Source: a virus (Duplodnaviria > Heunggongvirae > Uroviricota > Caudoviricetes). Taken from it: 42,228 nucleotides of DNA. The notes under the pieces were generated by a model. It did no database searches and was not told the origin of the DNA. It worked only from the letters and a program-made list of their open reading frames with translations. Position numbers and translations under genes: made by a program. The stretch is from the IMG/VR virus record IMGVR_UViG_648861009_000010; one strand, 5' to 3'. The first letter of the stretch is position 1; the number at the start of each line of letters is the position of its first letter. Of this stretch, positions 27,819-36,159 are shown one piece after another.

Positions 27819-27830
27819 GTGACATGTCAC
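27819..27830. promoter_or_regulatory. 12-bp perfect palindrome GTGACATGTCAC (copy 2 of 3)
   Basis: Exact 12-mer right after the stop of ORF 27443-27814. Confidence 0.45.
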
Positions 27831-27833
27831 AAA

Positions 27834-27861
27834 CAGCCAGCCGATGAGCTGGCTTTGTTTT
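27834..27861. terminator. Bidirectional terminator hairpin between convergent ORF 27443-27814 and TerL
   Basis: agccagc-cgatga-gctggct stem-loop followed by TTGTTTT. Confidence 0.6.
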
Positions 27862-27904
27862 ATCCTCATCAGAGGATATCAACGACATTATCCCCACCAG
27901 CGGA

Positions 27905-29380
27905 TTAAGCATATGGATCGTAATCTGTGATGGCCTTGCCTTGCTGGTTCTGCTGCCCGGGAATTCGCAGACGCTTCGACACAGGGAACGCAAACGTCAG
28001 CAGTAGCGCATCGCCTTTACCAGGAGAACGCCCAAGCCGCTCCTTGATATCTTCCTTCGGTTCGATAACGATTTTACCGTCCACTCGAACTTTGTACTCT
28101 GCCGCAGACAGGTCGTCCGCTGTTTCCTGGTCATCCAGCATGCCGCCCAGCCTCAGCCATGTCTTACATGAGTTGAACATCTCCCCACGCTTGTTAAGCA
28201 TCTGCGGGTCAGTGGACGCACCGCCGAACGGAACAAGTTGCCATGTACGTCCCCAGCCATCACCGATTGACTTCAAACCGGTTCCGTAACCGAAGTCGAT
28301 GAACACCGCGTCAGCCTGATACTGGTCTTCAAAGTCAGCGATACGCTTCGCCATAATCAGATCGTCGGTTGTCTTGTTGCCAGTCCATAGCACCTTACTG
28401 TGCAACCCCTGCCGCAGGTATATCACAGCGTCATCAACGCCTGAGTATGCCGGGTCAACACCGATTATCACCGGAGCATGCGCCACCTGCGCAGCGGTTA
28501 CCACCCGTTTCATTGCCTCATCAGTAAGACCGGTAGGGATAAACTGCAATTCAGATGCATCAGGGAATATGCCGCGCACACGGATTTTAACGAAGTCGCT
28601 GTCTTCCCCGTAGTCATCAACCCATTTCTGCAACTGCTGTTTGTTAGTGCCTTCCACCGTCCGGCTGTCAATCTGCGCAGTTTTCCAGCGGTGTTTATAT
28701 TTGCGGAAACATTCGCGGAAACGCCCGGTGTTACGTGTAGGGTTTCCGAATGCCACCCAGATAATCTCAGTGTCTTCGTCCGTCAGCGCACCCTCTGCTA
28801 CCTCCCACACCAGATCGGCAATGTTGGATGCTTCGTCGAATACCACGATGATGCGTTTGCGCTCGTTGTGTAGTCCGGCGAATGCCTCAGTGTTGTGCTC
28901 AGACCAGGGGATTGCGTCAGCTCGCCACCGCTTGTCGTGCCCAGGGTCATTGCTGTACATCGCGGTAGCGGTACAGGTAAACCAGTCTTTCGTGATAGCA
29001 AGGTTCGACCACTTGATAATTTCCGGCCAGGTCTTCGTTCGTAGCTGGTTGTCGGTGTTGGCGGTCACCACGACCTTACAATCCTCGCAAGTGGACATGC
29101 CCCAGTTGATCAGCATTGAGATGAATGCGGATTTACCAATACCGTGACCCGAAGCGCGTGCCAGCATAAGCGGCTGATAGCGCGTCTCTGGATTCTGCAG
29201 GTGATCACGTATCTCTCGGAACGCATCAGCCTGCCACTGACGTGGGCCGGTAGCATGTGCCAGTTCAGTCCCCTCTTCCCCCCACGGGAACGCATAGAGG
29301 GCATAGCCAAGCGGATCGTGAGTGAACCCTGCAATATCCTCGATCAACTGCTCTTCAGGAGATAACGCTGTATCTGTCAC
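27905..29380 (-). CDS. terL: Terminase large subunit
   Basis: 491 aa; P-loop-like ASGHGIGKS; acidic nuclease-domain motifs; overlaps TerS by 4 nt. Confidence 0.85.
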   Translation of the reverse strand: MTDTALSPEEQLIEDIAGFTHDPLGYALYAFPWGEEGTELAHATGPRQWQADAFREIRDHLQNPETRYQPLMLARASGHGIGKSAFISMLINWGMSTCEDCKVVVTANTDNQLRTKTWPEIIKWSNLAITKDWFTCTATAMYSNDPGHDKRWRADAIPWSEHNTEAFAGLHNERKRIIVVFDEASNIADLVWEVAEGALTDEDTEIIWVAFGNPTRNTGRFRECFRKYKHRWKTAQIDSRTVEGTNKQQLQKWVDDYGEDSDFVKIRVRGIFPDASELQFIPTGLTDEAMKRVVTAAQVAHAPVIIGVDPAYSGVDDAVIYLRQGLHSKVLWTGNKTTDDLIMAKRIADFEDQYQADAVFIDFGYGTGLKSIGDGWGRTWQLVPFGGASTDPQMLNKRGEMFNSCKTWLRLGGMLDDQETADDLSAAEYKVRVDGKIVIEPKEDIKERLGRSPGKGDALLLTFAFPVSKRLRIPGQQNQQGKAITDYDPYA

Positions 29381-29973
29381 TGATTACCATCCTGACGTTC
29401 TTTGAGTCGCTTCCTGGCTGCCGCTATGCGATCAGCAATTGTCACATTCACATTAACATCCAGGCGTTCTTTGAATGCGTTGACGTCGACGTGCTTACCA
29501 ATCAGTTCGAGGTTCTTCACCTTGTCAGGCCATTTAATTTTTTTGAGGATTGTCTCTATCGAATCCTCGTTCATGTTCATGATGGTCGATGACAGATCAA
29601 AGCCACTAAGCGTAGTGCGCCAGATTTTCGGCCACTCGCGGATTGGCTTAAGGCTCCCATCGTCGTTGAGGATATCAATCACGTCCATCTGGTCGATCTC
29701 CACCAGGCGCATGAGAACGTAATCGGCACTGACGCGCATTCGTTTGTTGCGCTCCTCCATCAACTCGGCAATCCGTTTTTGAATGCGTTCATCGCGCATC
29801 ATGACACTGGCTTTAACTGCCGCTGTATTTGGGGAGAATCCTGCGTTAATCGCTGCCTGAGTCTGGTTTTCAGGCGTTTTGATGTATGACTGGCAATAAG
29901 CCTCCTGCATTGCGGTTAGTGGCTTAAATTGCGTTGATTTGCGTTTATAGGTTTTAGGTTCAGCAGGCATCAT
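29377..29973 (-). CDS. terS: Terminase small subunit
   Basis: Start taken at the internal ATG at 29973 (MMPAEPKTYKRK...) with SD AGGGTGG; the track ORF extends to a TTG at 30051; coupled to TerL. Confidence 0.65.
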   Translation of the reverse strand: MMPAEPKTYKRKSTQFKPLTAMQEAYCQSYIKTPENQTQAAINAGFSPNTAAVKASVMMRDERIQKRIAELMEERNKRMRVSADYVLMRLVEIDQMDVIDILNDDGSLKPIREWPKIWRTTLSGFDLSSTIMNMNEDSIETILKKIKWPDKVKNLELIGKHVDVNAFKERLDVNVNVTIADRIAAARKRLKERQDGNQ

Positions 29974-29990
29974 AACCACCCTGGTAATTG

Positions 29991-30005
29991 TTACCGTTGT
30001 GGTAA
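29991..30005. promoter_or_regulatory. Operator-like palindrome TTACC-GTTGT-GGTAA just upstream of terS
   Basis: Perfect arms, 18 bp upstream of the ATG at 29973; an everted GGTAA-TTG-TTACC overlaps at 29983-29995. Confidence 0.5.
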
Positions 30006-30083
30006 TAGTACCATGCAAAATAAAGCCGCCATAGTTGGCGGCAGTATTCAAAACCCATCAAATTCATCATGCATAATCTACTC

Positions 30084-30095
30084 GTGACATGTCAC
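30084..30095. promoter_or_regulatory. 12-bp perfect palindrome GTGACATGTCAC (copy 3 of 3)
   Basis: Exact 12-mer about 110 bp upstream of the terS start, overlapping the stop of the preceding gene. Confidence 0.45.
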
Positions 30096-30433
30096 ACTAT
30101 TAATTTAGTTTCATGCCAGCCTTTAGTCACCCAGCATTGCGAGTCACCATTACACGGGCATGAATTAACTGGAACTCTCTCGCCGCACTTACCGCAACGT
30201 TTTCTGCTGATCGATTTTATACGCCCGTGCACGCGTGCATCATCCTGGCGGATCAGTAACGCTATATACTCACCAAATTCGTAAGGCGCACGCCCGGGGC
30301 GACGCGTAGCACAGTTACGCTCCAGCATTTCAATTTCCTGAGCATCAAGCACAATTTCCAGCTTACGCACACCAGATGCAGCTTGTCTGGCTCTCTGAGC
30401 GGCTTTGCGCTCTGCTGCTGATTTAGCCATCAA
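30092..30433 (-). CDS. Small basic protein with C-terminal Cys4 zinc-ribbon-like motif
   Basis: 113 aa; CGKCGERVPVNSCPCNGDSQC; last gene before the packaging operon. Confidence 0.5.
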   Translation of the reverse strand: MMAKSAAERKAAQRARQAASGVRKLEIVLDAQEIEMLERNCATRRPGRAPYEFGEYIALLIRQDDARVHGRIKSISRKRCGKCGERVPVNSCPCNGDSQCWVTKGWHETKLIV

Positions 30434-30704
30434 TATTTACCTTTATCGCGTATACCTTTACCGGTTTATCACCGAAGTGTGGATGTGTGATTGTTTTTAT
30501 TTCATATCCGTTATACGGGACGTCAATTCTGCGACTGAAGTCGTCGCGCTTCGGATATCCCTTTGTGATAATCAGGCGGTCATACTCCCGGAACATAATT
30601 CGCTTATTCCAGTAGTCATTACACAGGCGATATTCTTCTGTTTTCTCCCCGCGAATCATGGCATCGAAGTATTCACCTTTGACGGCAAGTTGCAGGTTAG
30701 CCAC
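30423..30704 (-). CDS. ASCH-domain (PUA-like) protein
   Basis: GTG start at 30704 with SD GGAGG at 6-nt spacing; LQLAVKGEYFDAMIRGEKTEEYRL typical of ASCH domains. Confidence 0.55.
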   Translation of the reverse strand: MANLQLAVKGEYFDAMIRGEKTEEYRLCNDYWNKRIMFREYDRLIITKGYPKRDDFSRRIDVPYNGYEIKTITHPHFGDKPVKVYAIKVNIDG

Positions 30705-31269
30705 GGTTAACCTCCTGCGGCGGTTCCGGTAGCGGCATCCAGTGAGTTGCCTGCTCAATACCATTACCCGGCTTAATCGTTGCATCTCCGCGCCGAAAGG
30801 TGCTTCCGGTATAGCGTGCGGAGCATATTAGCGGTTCAACCAGAGAGCTATCGAAATTCACCGAAATAAGCACGTTCTGGCCCTTTTCAGGCATTTGGTC
30901 ACTACAGCTTATCCAACTATCCGGAGTTCCCGGAGAGTTGCCATTTACATCGAAGTTTGGCTCTGCGTCCTGAACCAGGAGGATGTAACCATTCTTGGCT
31001 GTATCAAGTTCTAACGCCTCGGTGACGGTGCCGAAATAGCGATTACCTAAATCAGCATCACAAGTGCTTACATCAATGGAAACTTCCATGCCTTCGATTA
31101 ATTCTGGCAAGTTGTAAGTTTGGTTTACAGGCTCTGCTTCCAGCGATGCCAGAGCAATTCGTGCCAGTTCTTCCGCTTCTTCTGCTGGCAGTACAACGTT
31201 GCTACCAGGTCCGTATGTTTCGCGCCACTGCTTGATTGTCAGCAGTCGCTCTTTGGTAATAGTGGTCAT
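30697..31269 (-). CDS. Hypothetical phage protein (possible DUF551-type C-terminal domain)
   Basis: 190-aa ORF in the nin-like region; family call from recollection. Confidence 0.45.
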   Translation of the reverse strand: MTTITKERLLTIKQWRETYGPGSNVVLPAEEAEELARIALASLEAEPVNQTYNLPELIEGMEVSIDVSTCDADLGNRYFGTVTEALELDTAKNGYILLVQDAEPNFDVNGNSPGTPDSWISCSDQMPEKGQNVLISVNFDSSLVEPLICSARYTGSTFRRGDATIKPGNGIEQATHWMPLPEPPQEVNRG

Positions 31270-31272
31270 GTG

Positions 31273-31422
31273 TTAGTCCTCTGTAGCAGGTGATACGCCG
31301 TAGTTGCATTCTTCATAGAATATGTCTCTGCCTATTTCTTCGGCATCCTCTGGCGTGTCTGCTTCAAACTCAACAACCTTGCAATCATTAAATCCTTCGA
31401 TAGTCACGATGTACTTAGCCAT
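31273..31422 (-). CDS. Small acidic protein (49 aa)
   Basis: ATG with strong SD AAGGAG; MAKYIVTIEGFNDCKVVEFEADTPEDAEEIGRDIFYEECNYGVSPATED; the longer 91-aa track ORF has no RBS. Confidence 0.5.
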   Translation of the reverse strand: MAKYIVTIEGFNDCKVVEFEADTPEDAEEIGRDIFYEECNYGVSPATED

Positions 31423-31774
31423 ATCACTCTCCTTTAGTGCGAAAGTGGTTTTTCCAGCGGTTTTGTGCTGCGCTTCTGTTTCGCCAGACACCGTAAAAAC
31501 GAATAGAGGAACACCCCCTAAAACCCAGATATCTATAGTAAATAACAAGCCGATTTGAGATACGGATACGCTGCCCGGGCTTTGCTATCAGCATCTTTGC
31601 CTTACGGTTTTTCATCGCACTGCGTACCCCTTCTCTCGTCTGTTCCGCGACGCGGTGGGTTTATAGTTAAATGCGAATACCACCCTACCAAACATGCCGA
31701 TCACCGCCCGTTTGTGATTGCTGATTGGTAGCCTCTCGTACCCCGTCGAACGCGATAAAAGAAGTAATTTTGCT

Positions 31775-32344
31775 TTACGGTTTTTCATCGTTTTGTTCTC
31801 CTGCGTCTCCTTTGATGCGAATGTCAGCGACGCGTAATGCGTGTTCTAGGTCAATCAGGTAAAGCCAACTGCCATTTTCTTTAGGTATCATGACTTGTCG
31901 CTCATCTGCATTTATCGGGTGTCCATATCGAAGGTCGTAGCGAGTCGGTAATTGAACTTCCCGCGCTTCCAGTTCAGCAATACGCTTGCACCCATCAGAG
32001 ATAACTCCCTCGTAATACTCGCGCTGCTCGTTGAGTTTTGATTTTGCTGCTTCAAGCTCAACGCGCAGCCTCCCAACCGTAAGCGCAATTTCCTCGTTCT
32101 CCTGGTCGCGGCGTTTGATGTATTGCTGGTTCCTTTCCCGTTCATCCAGTAGTGCCAGCACGGTTTCTGGTCCGGTCAGAAATTTGAAGGCGTTGAGCGC
32201 ATCAATATCCACACCGTAATCTTTAAGTTCCTGTTCACTTAACAAATCATCATCAACTGGCAACATTAACAGGCGTTCCATTGCTGGAATTGCACGTTCT
32301 GCTGCCTCACGCAGTGCCTGATAGTCAATTGTCATTCTCGCCAT
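31775..32344 (-). CDS. Ead/Ea22-like protein
   Basis: 189 aa with coiled-coil segment; pattern recalled from lambdoid ea22-like genes. Confidence 0.45.
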   Translation of the reverse strand: MARMTIDYQALREAAERAIPAMERLLMLPVDDDLLSEQELKDYGVDIDALNAFKFLTGPETVLALLDERERNQQYIKRRDQENEEIALTVGRLRVELEAAKSKLNEQREYYEGVISDGCKRIAELEAREVQLPTRYDLRYGHPINADERQVMIPKENGSWLYLIDLEHALRVADIRIKGDAGEQNDEKP

Positions 32345-32976
32345 CCTTCACAGTTGTAATCACTACAGCCTTCAAAATCATATGGGCTGTACTGCCAGGT
32401 GATTTTTCCGCAATGCGGACAATTCCAACGCACCTTCCCGCTTCGCGACTTCTTTCTTCTGTTCTGCTTTTTCAACCAGTCAGGCATGACCAAACCTGCG
32501 CCCTGAACCATTGTTCTGCGGTTAAAGTTATTGATATTGAACGTCCGGCGCTTTACTGCATCAGCAATGGAAAATGGCAACCAAACTATTCCTGGTTCGT
32601 TTTTGTTGGCGACGCAAAAGATGGTCGCTTTACTGAAGTCATCGGTTGGCAATCCACCGTGTTGAAGCCAGTAAACATCGTTGCCGTTCCAGCTACCTTT
32701 TTTGTAGGCCACATACGCAGTGCAATCTGACTCAATCAGGCTTTCTGTAGGGATGTACTGGCAATCAACGTGCCACACAGCCATTGCATCCACGCTATCA
32801 GCGCAAACAGGCTGATCGATATCTCGTCCACAATTCCAGGCTTTTTGGGCTTCTTCCAGCGTGTAAACATGAGCGCGATCGATATCAGAACTGTAACCAT
32901 TGCCGTTATGGCAATGGAATGAGGCGTTATTACCCACAGTTTCACGCAAGCACATCATGTAAAAGCGGTTATTCAC
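32332..32976 (-). CDS. Hypothetical Cys-rich early protein
   Basis: 214-aa ORF, coupled to neighbours. Confidence 0.45.
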   Translation of the reverse strand: MNNRFYMMCLRETVGNNASFHCHNGNGYSSDIDRAHVYTLEEAQKAWNCGRDIDQPVCADSVDAMAVWHVDCQYIPTESLIESDCTAYVAYKKGSWNGNDVYWLQHGGLPTDDFSKATIFCVANKNEPGIVWLPFSIADAVKRRTFNINNFNRRTMVQGAGLVMPDWLKKQNRRKKSRSGKVRWNCPHCGKITWQYSPYDFEGCSDYNCEGWRE

Positions 32977-33229
32977 TGGTTGCCTCCGCTTCCCACGTTT
33001 TCAGACTTTCACCACAGAACGGGCAAAATGAAACTCGAATAGGCGATTTAGAAAATTCACCAGACCGCAGCATGATCAGGTCTTGTGAATGAATTAATTC
33101 ATGGTTATAGATTTTGTATTTCAGCAGACCTTTCCGCGTCGTGTATTCAGCGTCATGCTCCAGGGATTGCGTCAACGCCGCGCACGGTTCTATCTTGTTG
33201 CCATTAATTTGGCATTTTGACTCACTCAC
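32969..33229 (-). CDS. Hypothetical small protein with CxxC pairs
   Basis: 86-aa ORF, start overlaps the upstream stop. Confidence 0.45.
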   Translation of the reverse strand: MSESKCQINGNKIEPCAALTQSLEHDAEYTTRKGLLKYKIYNHELIHSQDLIMLRSGEFSKSPIRVSFCPFCGESLKTWEAEATSE

Positions 33230-33660
33230 TGGTTGCCTCCTTTGCGAAGCTGGGCAGCAAAGTCACGGATAGTGTCATCAAGGTCTGGGCACAACAGATG
33301 GTCAGCAAACATCTCTACCCCCTGCGCCCGGACTTCATCCAGGAAAGTGTCGGTGGCTGTGGTTTCGATATCGTTAATTTCAGGAAGAATCTCTTCCCAT
33401 GTAGCGATATCGCCATTCAAATGCCATCCGGCAATTCCACTGGAGTTATCCGCAACACTGCGAACGGCTTCAATAGTTTCGAGCATTACCGCATTCTCCG
33501 CCGCAAGCGCATTAGCACGCACCAGTTGCACTTCCAGTTGCGTTGCCAAATCGCTGATCAGCTTTGCCACACTGCGCATATCAACGGCACCACATTCAGC
33601 TTTCAGTTCCGAAGCCATCTCATGCCCGGCGGCAACTAACCCTTTGATATTACTTTCCAT
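33226..33660 (-). CDS. Hypothetical acidic early protein
   Basis: 144-aa ORF. Confidence 0.45.
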   Translation of the reverse strand: MESNIKGLVAAGHEMASELKAECGAVDMRSVAKLISDLATQLEVQLVRANALAAENAVMLETIEAVRSVADNSSGIAGWHLNGDIATWEEILPEINDIETTATDTFLDEVRAQGVEMFADHLLCPDLDDTIRDFAAQLRKGGNQ

Positions 33661-33721
33661 CTTTACCCTCGTTTATCCACATAACTTATTGATTACATTG
33701 ATAACTAAAAAGATCGTCGAT

Positions 33722-34066
33722 TCAGAACTCTTCGATGTTCCAGCCACCACCTGCTTTCTTTGGCTTAACCGTTACCCCGATGATTCGGAACGGATACTGA
33801 TCTGCGGCGACTTTGGTTTTCACCCTGGCGTCGTCGGTCCAGAAACCTTTCACTTCGTGCAGTTCCATCTCGCCGGTGGCGAGCATCACAGCAAAATCTG
33901 GCGTATAGAACGTGTTGTCAGCTAACCGCAGCTTGATACCCTCGAATCGATACCATGCGATTTCCCCTGCACGTTTACGCAGCTCAAGGTGCTGGCAATA
34001 CGCAGATTCTGTTTTGTTCATCTGGCCTGTTTTGAGCCGACCAAGAGCCTGTATCTGTTTTCTCAT
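33722..34066 (-). CDS. Small conserved phage protein, possibly DUF1064-type putative nuclease
   Basis: 114 aa; pattern AGEI...YTPDF...HEVKGF recalled from DUF1064 proteins; an operator palindrome overlaps its RBS. Confidence 0.4.
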   Translation of the reverse strand: MRKQIQALGRLKTGQMNKTESAYCQHLELRKRAGEIAWYRFEGIKLRLADNTFYTPDFAVMLATGEMELHEVKGFWTDDARVKTKVAADQYPFRIIGVTVKPKKAGGGWNIEEF

Positions 34067-34069
34067 GAT

Positions 34070-34084
34070 TTACCCCTTAGGTAA
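34070..34084. promoter_or_regulatory. Operator-like palindrome TTACC-CCTTA-GGTAA
   Basis: Perfect arms, 4 bp upstream of the ATG at 34066; the spacer contains the SD. Confidence 0.5.
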
Positions 34085-34131
34085 TTAAAAACCACATAAG
34101 ACATTAAATCAATAGACGTTAGAACATTTTA

Positions 34132-34146
34132 TTACCCACTAGGTAA
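34132..34146. promoter_or_regulatory. Operator-like palindrome TTACC-CACTA-GGTAA
   Basis: Perfect arms; 48 bp from the 34070 site. Confidence 0.5.
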
Positions 34147-34183
34147 TTACGTGGGCGTAAAAAAATGCGCTATCGCGCTGGTA

Positions 34184-34984
34184 TTACTTGATAAATCCTG
34201 CCGCCTTTCCCCGCCTGTATTCCTCCATCAGCCACTGCGCCGGTGTTATTCCCCCCAGGGTGGCGGCGTTAGGCATACACCCGAGACTTCGCCCTGGTGG
34301 ATGGTAAACGTCTCTCCCTGTGTCCGGAGGCGTACTCATGGGTTCTGGCTTTGCCTGTATGCTGATCACCGGATCGGGTATCTGCTGTCCGGAAGCCACC
34401 TTTTTCGCCCAATCATCGAGCAGCCTGCGCGCGTGTTTCTCAACCTCAATCTCGCTAAGCTGGCGCTGATACATTGCGCGGCGGGTATCACATACGACCC
34501 AGTACATAACCGGATGTCGCCACGGGAATCTTTCGGGACCACCAGGATATAAACTTTTTTCCTTGCTGTACCGGTGAAACTCCGCCATCACATCGTCAAT
34601 GGTGACGCCAAGAACCATCTTGCTGTCTTTGCACCACTTGATGAATTGCCCAGGCGACGGCCAGAACGGAGATTCACTGGCTCGGGCGTGGCGCATACCA
34701 GCAGAAACCTGTTCACGGGTTCGGATCCCCCCTTCGGCAAACGCAGCAATCCACTGCTGTTTTGCAGCAACTTCCTGCTCTGGCGTCTTCAGGTTGGTTA
34801 CCACTGCCGCCGGAAACAGTTGTTTCAGCTGTTTGAAAAGGGCATCAACAAGCCTCTCTGCTGACATGTTCACCACGTTGTCATTGTTGGTGTACTGATG
34901 CTCATAACCTGACATGCGAGAAAGGGCTTCTCCGTCACGGTTTTGTATCGCGGTAAAAACGTTGTTCACAAGAAATCCTCCCAT
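34184..34984 (-). CDS. Replication protein P-like (lambda P-type DnaB helicase loader)
   Basis: QQWIAAFAEGGIRTREQVSAGMRHARASESPFWPSPGQFIKWCKD closely matches the lambda P segment RQWVLAFRENGITTMEQVNAGMRVARRQNRPFLPSPGQFVAWCRE. Confidence 0.75.
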   Translation of the reverse strand: MGGFLVNNVFTAIQNRDGEALSRMSGYEHQYTNNDNVVNMSAERLVDALFKQLKQLFPAAVVTNLKTPEQEVAAKQQWIAAFAEGGIRTREQVSAGMRHARASESPFWPSPGQFIKWCKDSKMVLGVTIDDVMAEFHRYSKEKSLYPGGPERFPWRHPVMYWVVCDTRRAMYQRQLSEIEVEKHARRLLDDWAKKVASGQQIPDPVISIQAKPEPMSTPPDTGRDVYHPPGRSLGCMPNAATLGGITPAQWLMEEYRRGKAAGFIK

Positions 34985-35781
34985 GCTTCAGGGCTGTTCC
35001 AGTGCGGAACGTTGTTATCAGGTAATGTTGATTGCTTCTGTCTGCTAATCTGCAGTCGCCTTGCCAGCTTCTGCTCCCACTGTGCCTGATGGTATGCCTT
35101 ACCCTCAGCCATCCAGTAAATTCTGAACTCTGCAAGTTCCTGTGCCGTTGGCAGACTGTCCAGGTAGATCCCCTGCAATGAGCTTTTCCGAAGAAAGTCA
35201 TCTGATGGTTGCCATTGTTCATGCATGACAAATTTGCCTAATTGCCCTGGCCCACCAGGAGGAACAAAGTTATTCATCACGGCGTTGTTTGCGCCGGGGT
35301 CATGAGGCACAGAATCCCCGGTTTTTGTCCTGCTCTCCCTCTCTTGGTTAAATGACTGGTTATATGACTGGTTCTGGATCCCGTTTTTGGGATCATTCAA
35401 CATCCCGTTTTTGGGATCATTCAACATCCCGTTTTTGGGTATATTCCCGTTTTCGGTAACATTACCGTTTTCGGGTTCATTACCCCCTTCCCGGTTGCCT
35501 TTAATGTTCCCGTTTTTGGTTATATTAAGAGAGAAAACCCGCACTCTTTTCGTCGCTCCCTTTCTCTCTCCGGTATCTGAAATAAGCCCCATTTTCATGA
35601 GCGATATAAGTCCGGCCTGCACGGTTTTTTTATTCAGGCAAGTGTCTTTAACGAGGCGTTCTATGCTGGGGTAGCAGAGGTTATATTCATCGGCTCTGTC
35701 AGCCATCGAGAGCAGTATGAGCTTTAATGACGAGCTACCTGGATCTGTCTCCCAGGCCCAATCTGTTGCATGTCTGCTCAT
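34966..35781 (-). CDS. Replication initiator (O-like), HTH N-terminus, origin iterons inside the gene
   Basis: 271 aa; internal peptide repeats NGNIPKNGMLNDPKNGMLNDPKNGIQ encoded by DNA iterons; directly upstream of the P-like gene. Confidence 0.6.
   Translation of the reverse strand: MSRHATDWAWETDPGSSSLKLILLSMADRADEYNLCYPSIERLVKDTCLNKKTVQAGLISLMKMGLISDTGERKGATKRVRVFSLNITKNGNIKGNREGGNEPENGNVTENGNIPKNGMLNDPKNGMLNDPKNGIQNQSYNQSFNQERESRTKTGDSVPHDPGANNAVMNNFVPPGGPGQLGKFVMHEQWQPSDDFLRKSSLQGIYLDSLPTAQELAEFRIYWMAEGKAYHQAQWEQKLARRLQISRQKQSTLPDNNVPHWNSPEAWEDFL
35378..35520. repeat. Origin-like iteron array (about 6 copies of cccgttttYgg at 18-24 bp spacing) inside the O-like gene
   Basis: Two perfect 24-bp tandem units atcccgtttttgggatcattcaac, then degenerate copies; adjacent direct repeat atgactggtt x2. 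Confidence 0.7.
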
Positions 35782-35796
35782 GATTAATCTCCGCTA

Positions 35797-35997
35797 TCAG
35801 CTTGAATGCTGTGGGGAGGAATTAATCATGATCTGCTTAATCTCTGCCCTGATACGACGGTTTGATTCCATGGTGCACTCAACACAGTGTCCGTTGTAAA
35901 CCCAGCGTTCACTGTCATGTCCGTGCTTACATGTTTTTCCGGTGTAGTAGCGTTTAAGTCCGCGCTTTGCGGCATCAATACGTGTAATGATTTCCAT
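35797..35997 (-). CDS. Small zinc-finger protein (CII-position regulator candidate)
   Basis: MEIITRIDAAKRGLKRYYTGKTCKHGHDSERWVYNGHCVECT; start uncertain, the track ORF extends upstream through the hexamer repeat. Confidence 0.45.
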   Translation of the reverse strand: MEIITRIDAAKRGLKRYYTGKTCKHGHDSERWVYNGHCVECTMESNRRIRAEIKQIMINSSPQHSS

Positions 35998-36008
35998 GGT
36001 AAGCCCTG

Positions 36009-36035
36009 TTATTGGTATTGGTATTGGTATTGGTA
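36009..36035. repeat. Hexanucleotide microsatellite (TATTGG)x4 plus partial copy
   Basis: tattggtattggtattggtattggtat, 12-40 bp upstream of the zinc-finger gene ATG; on the coding strand CCAATA, in-frame Ile-Pro repeats if the upstream start is used. Confidence 0.8.
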
Positions 36036-36159
36036 TTACGGTCATTTTGTGCTGACACAAAAAAAAGATCAACCACATTTGGTTTTTTATTACCTTTGAG
36101 GTACGAATAGATATGAAAAGACCGCCGGGTGGCGGTCTACAGAGGGTTGTAGCTGGATA

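Noticed and set aside
9678-30095. GTGACATGTCAC as a CRP site
   Set aside because: CRP needs TGTGA-N6-TCACA; here the half-sites are separated by only 4 bp
33673-33681. Perfect DnaA box TTATCCACA
   Set aside because: Single copy; a specific 9-mer is expected about 0.3 times by chance in 42 kb on both strands, and the iteron array in the O-like gene is the better origin candidate
33233-33925. 230-aa plus-strand ORF
   Set aside because: Antisense to the nin-like minus-strand genes; Ser/Arg-rich junk-like sequence
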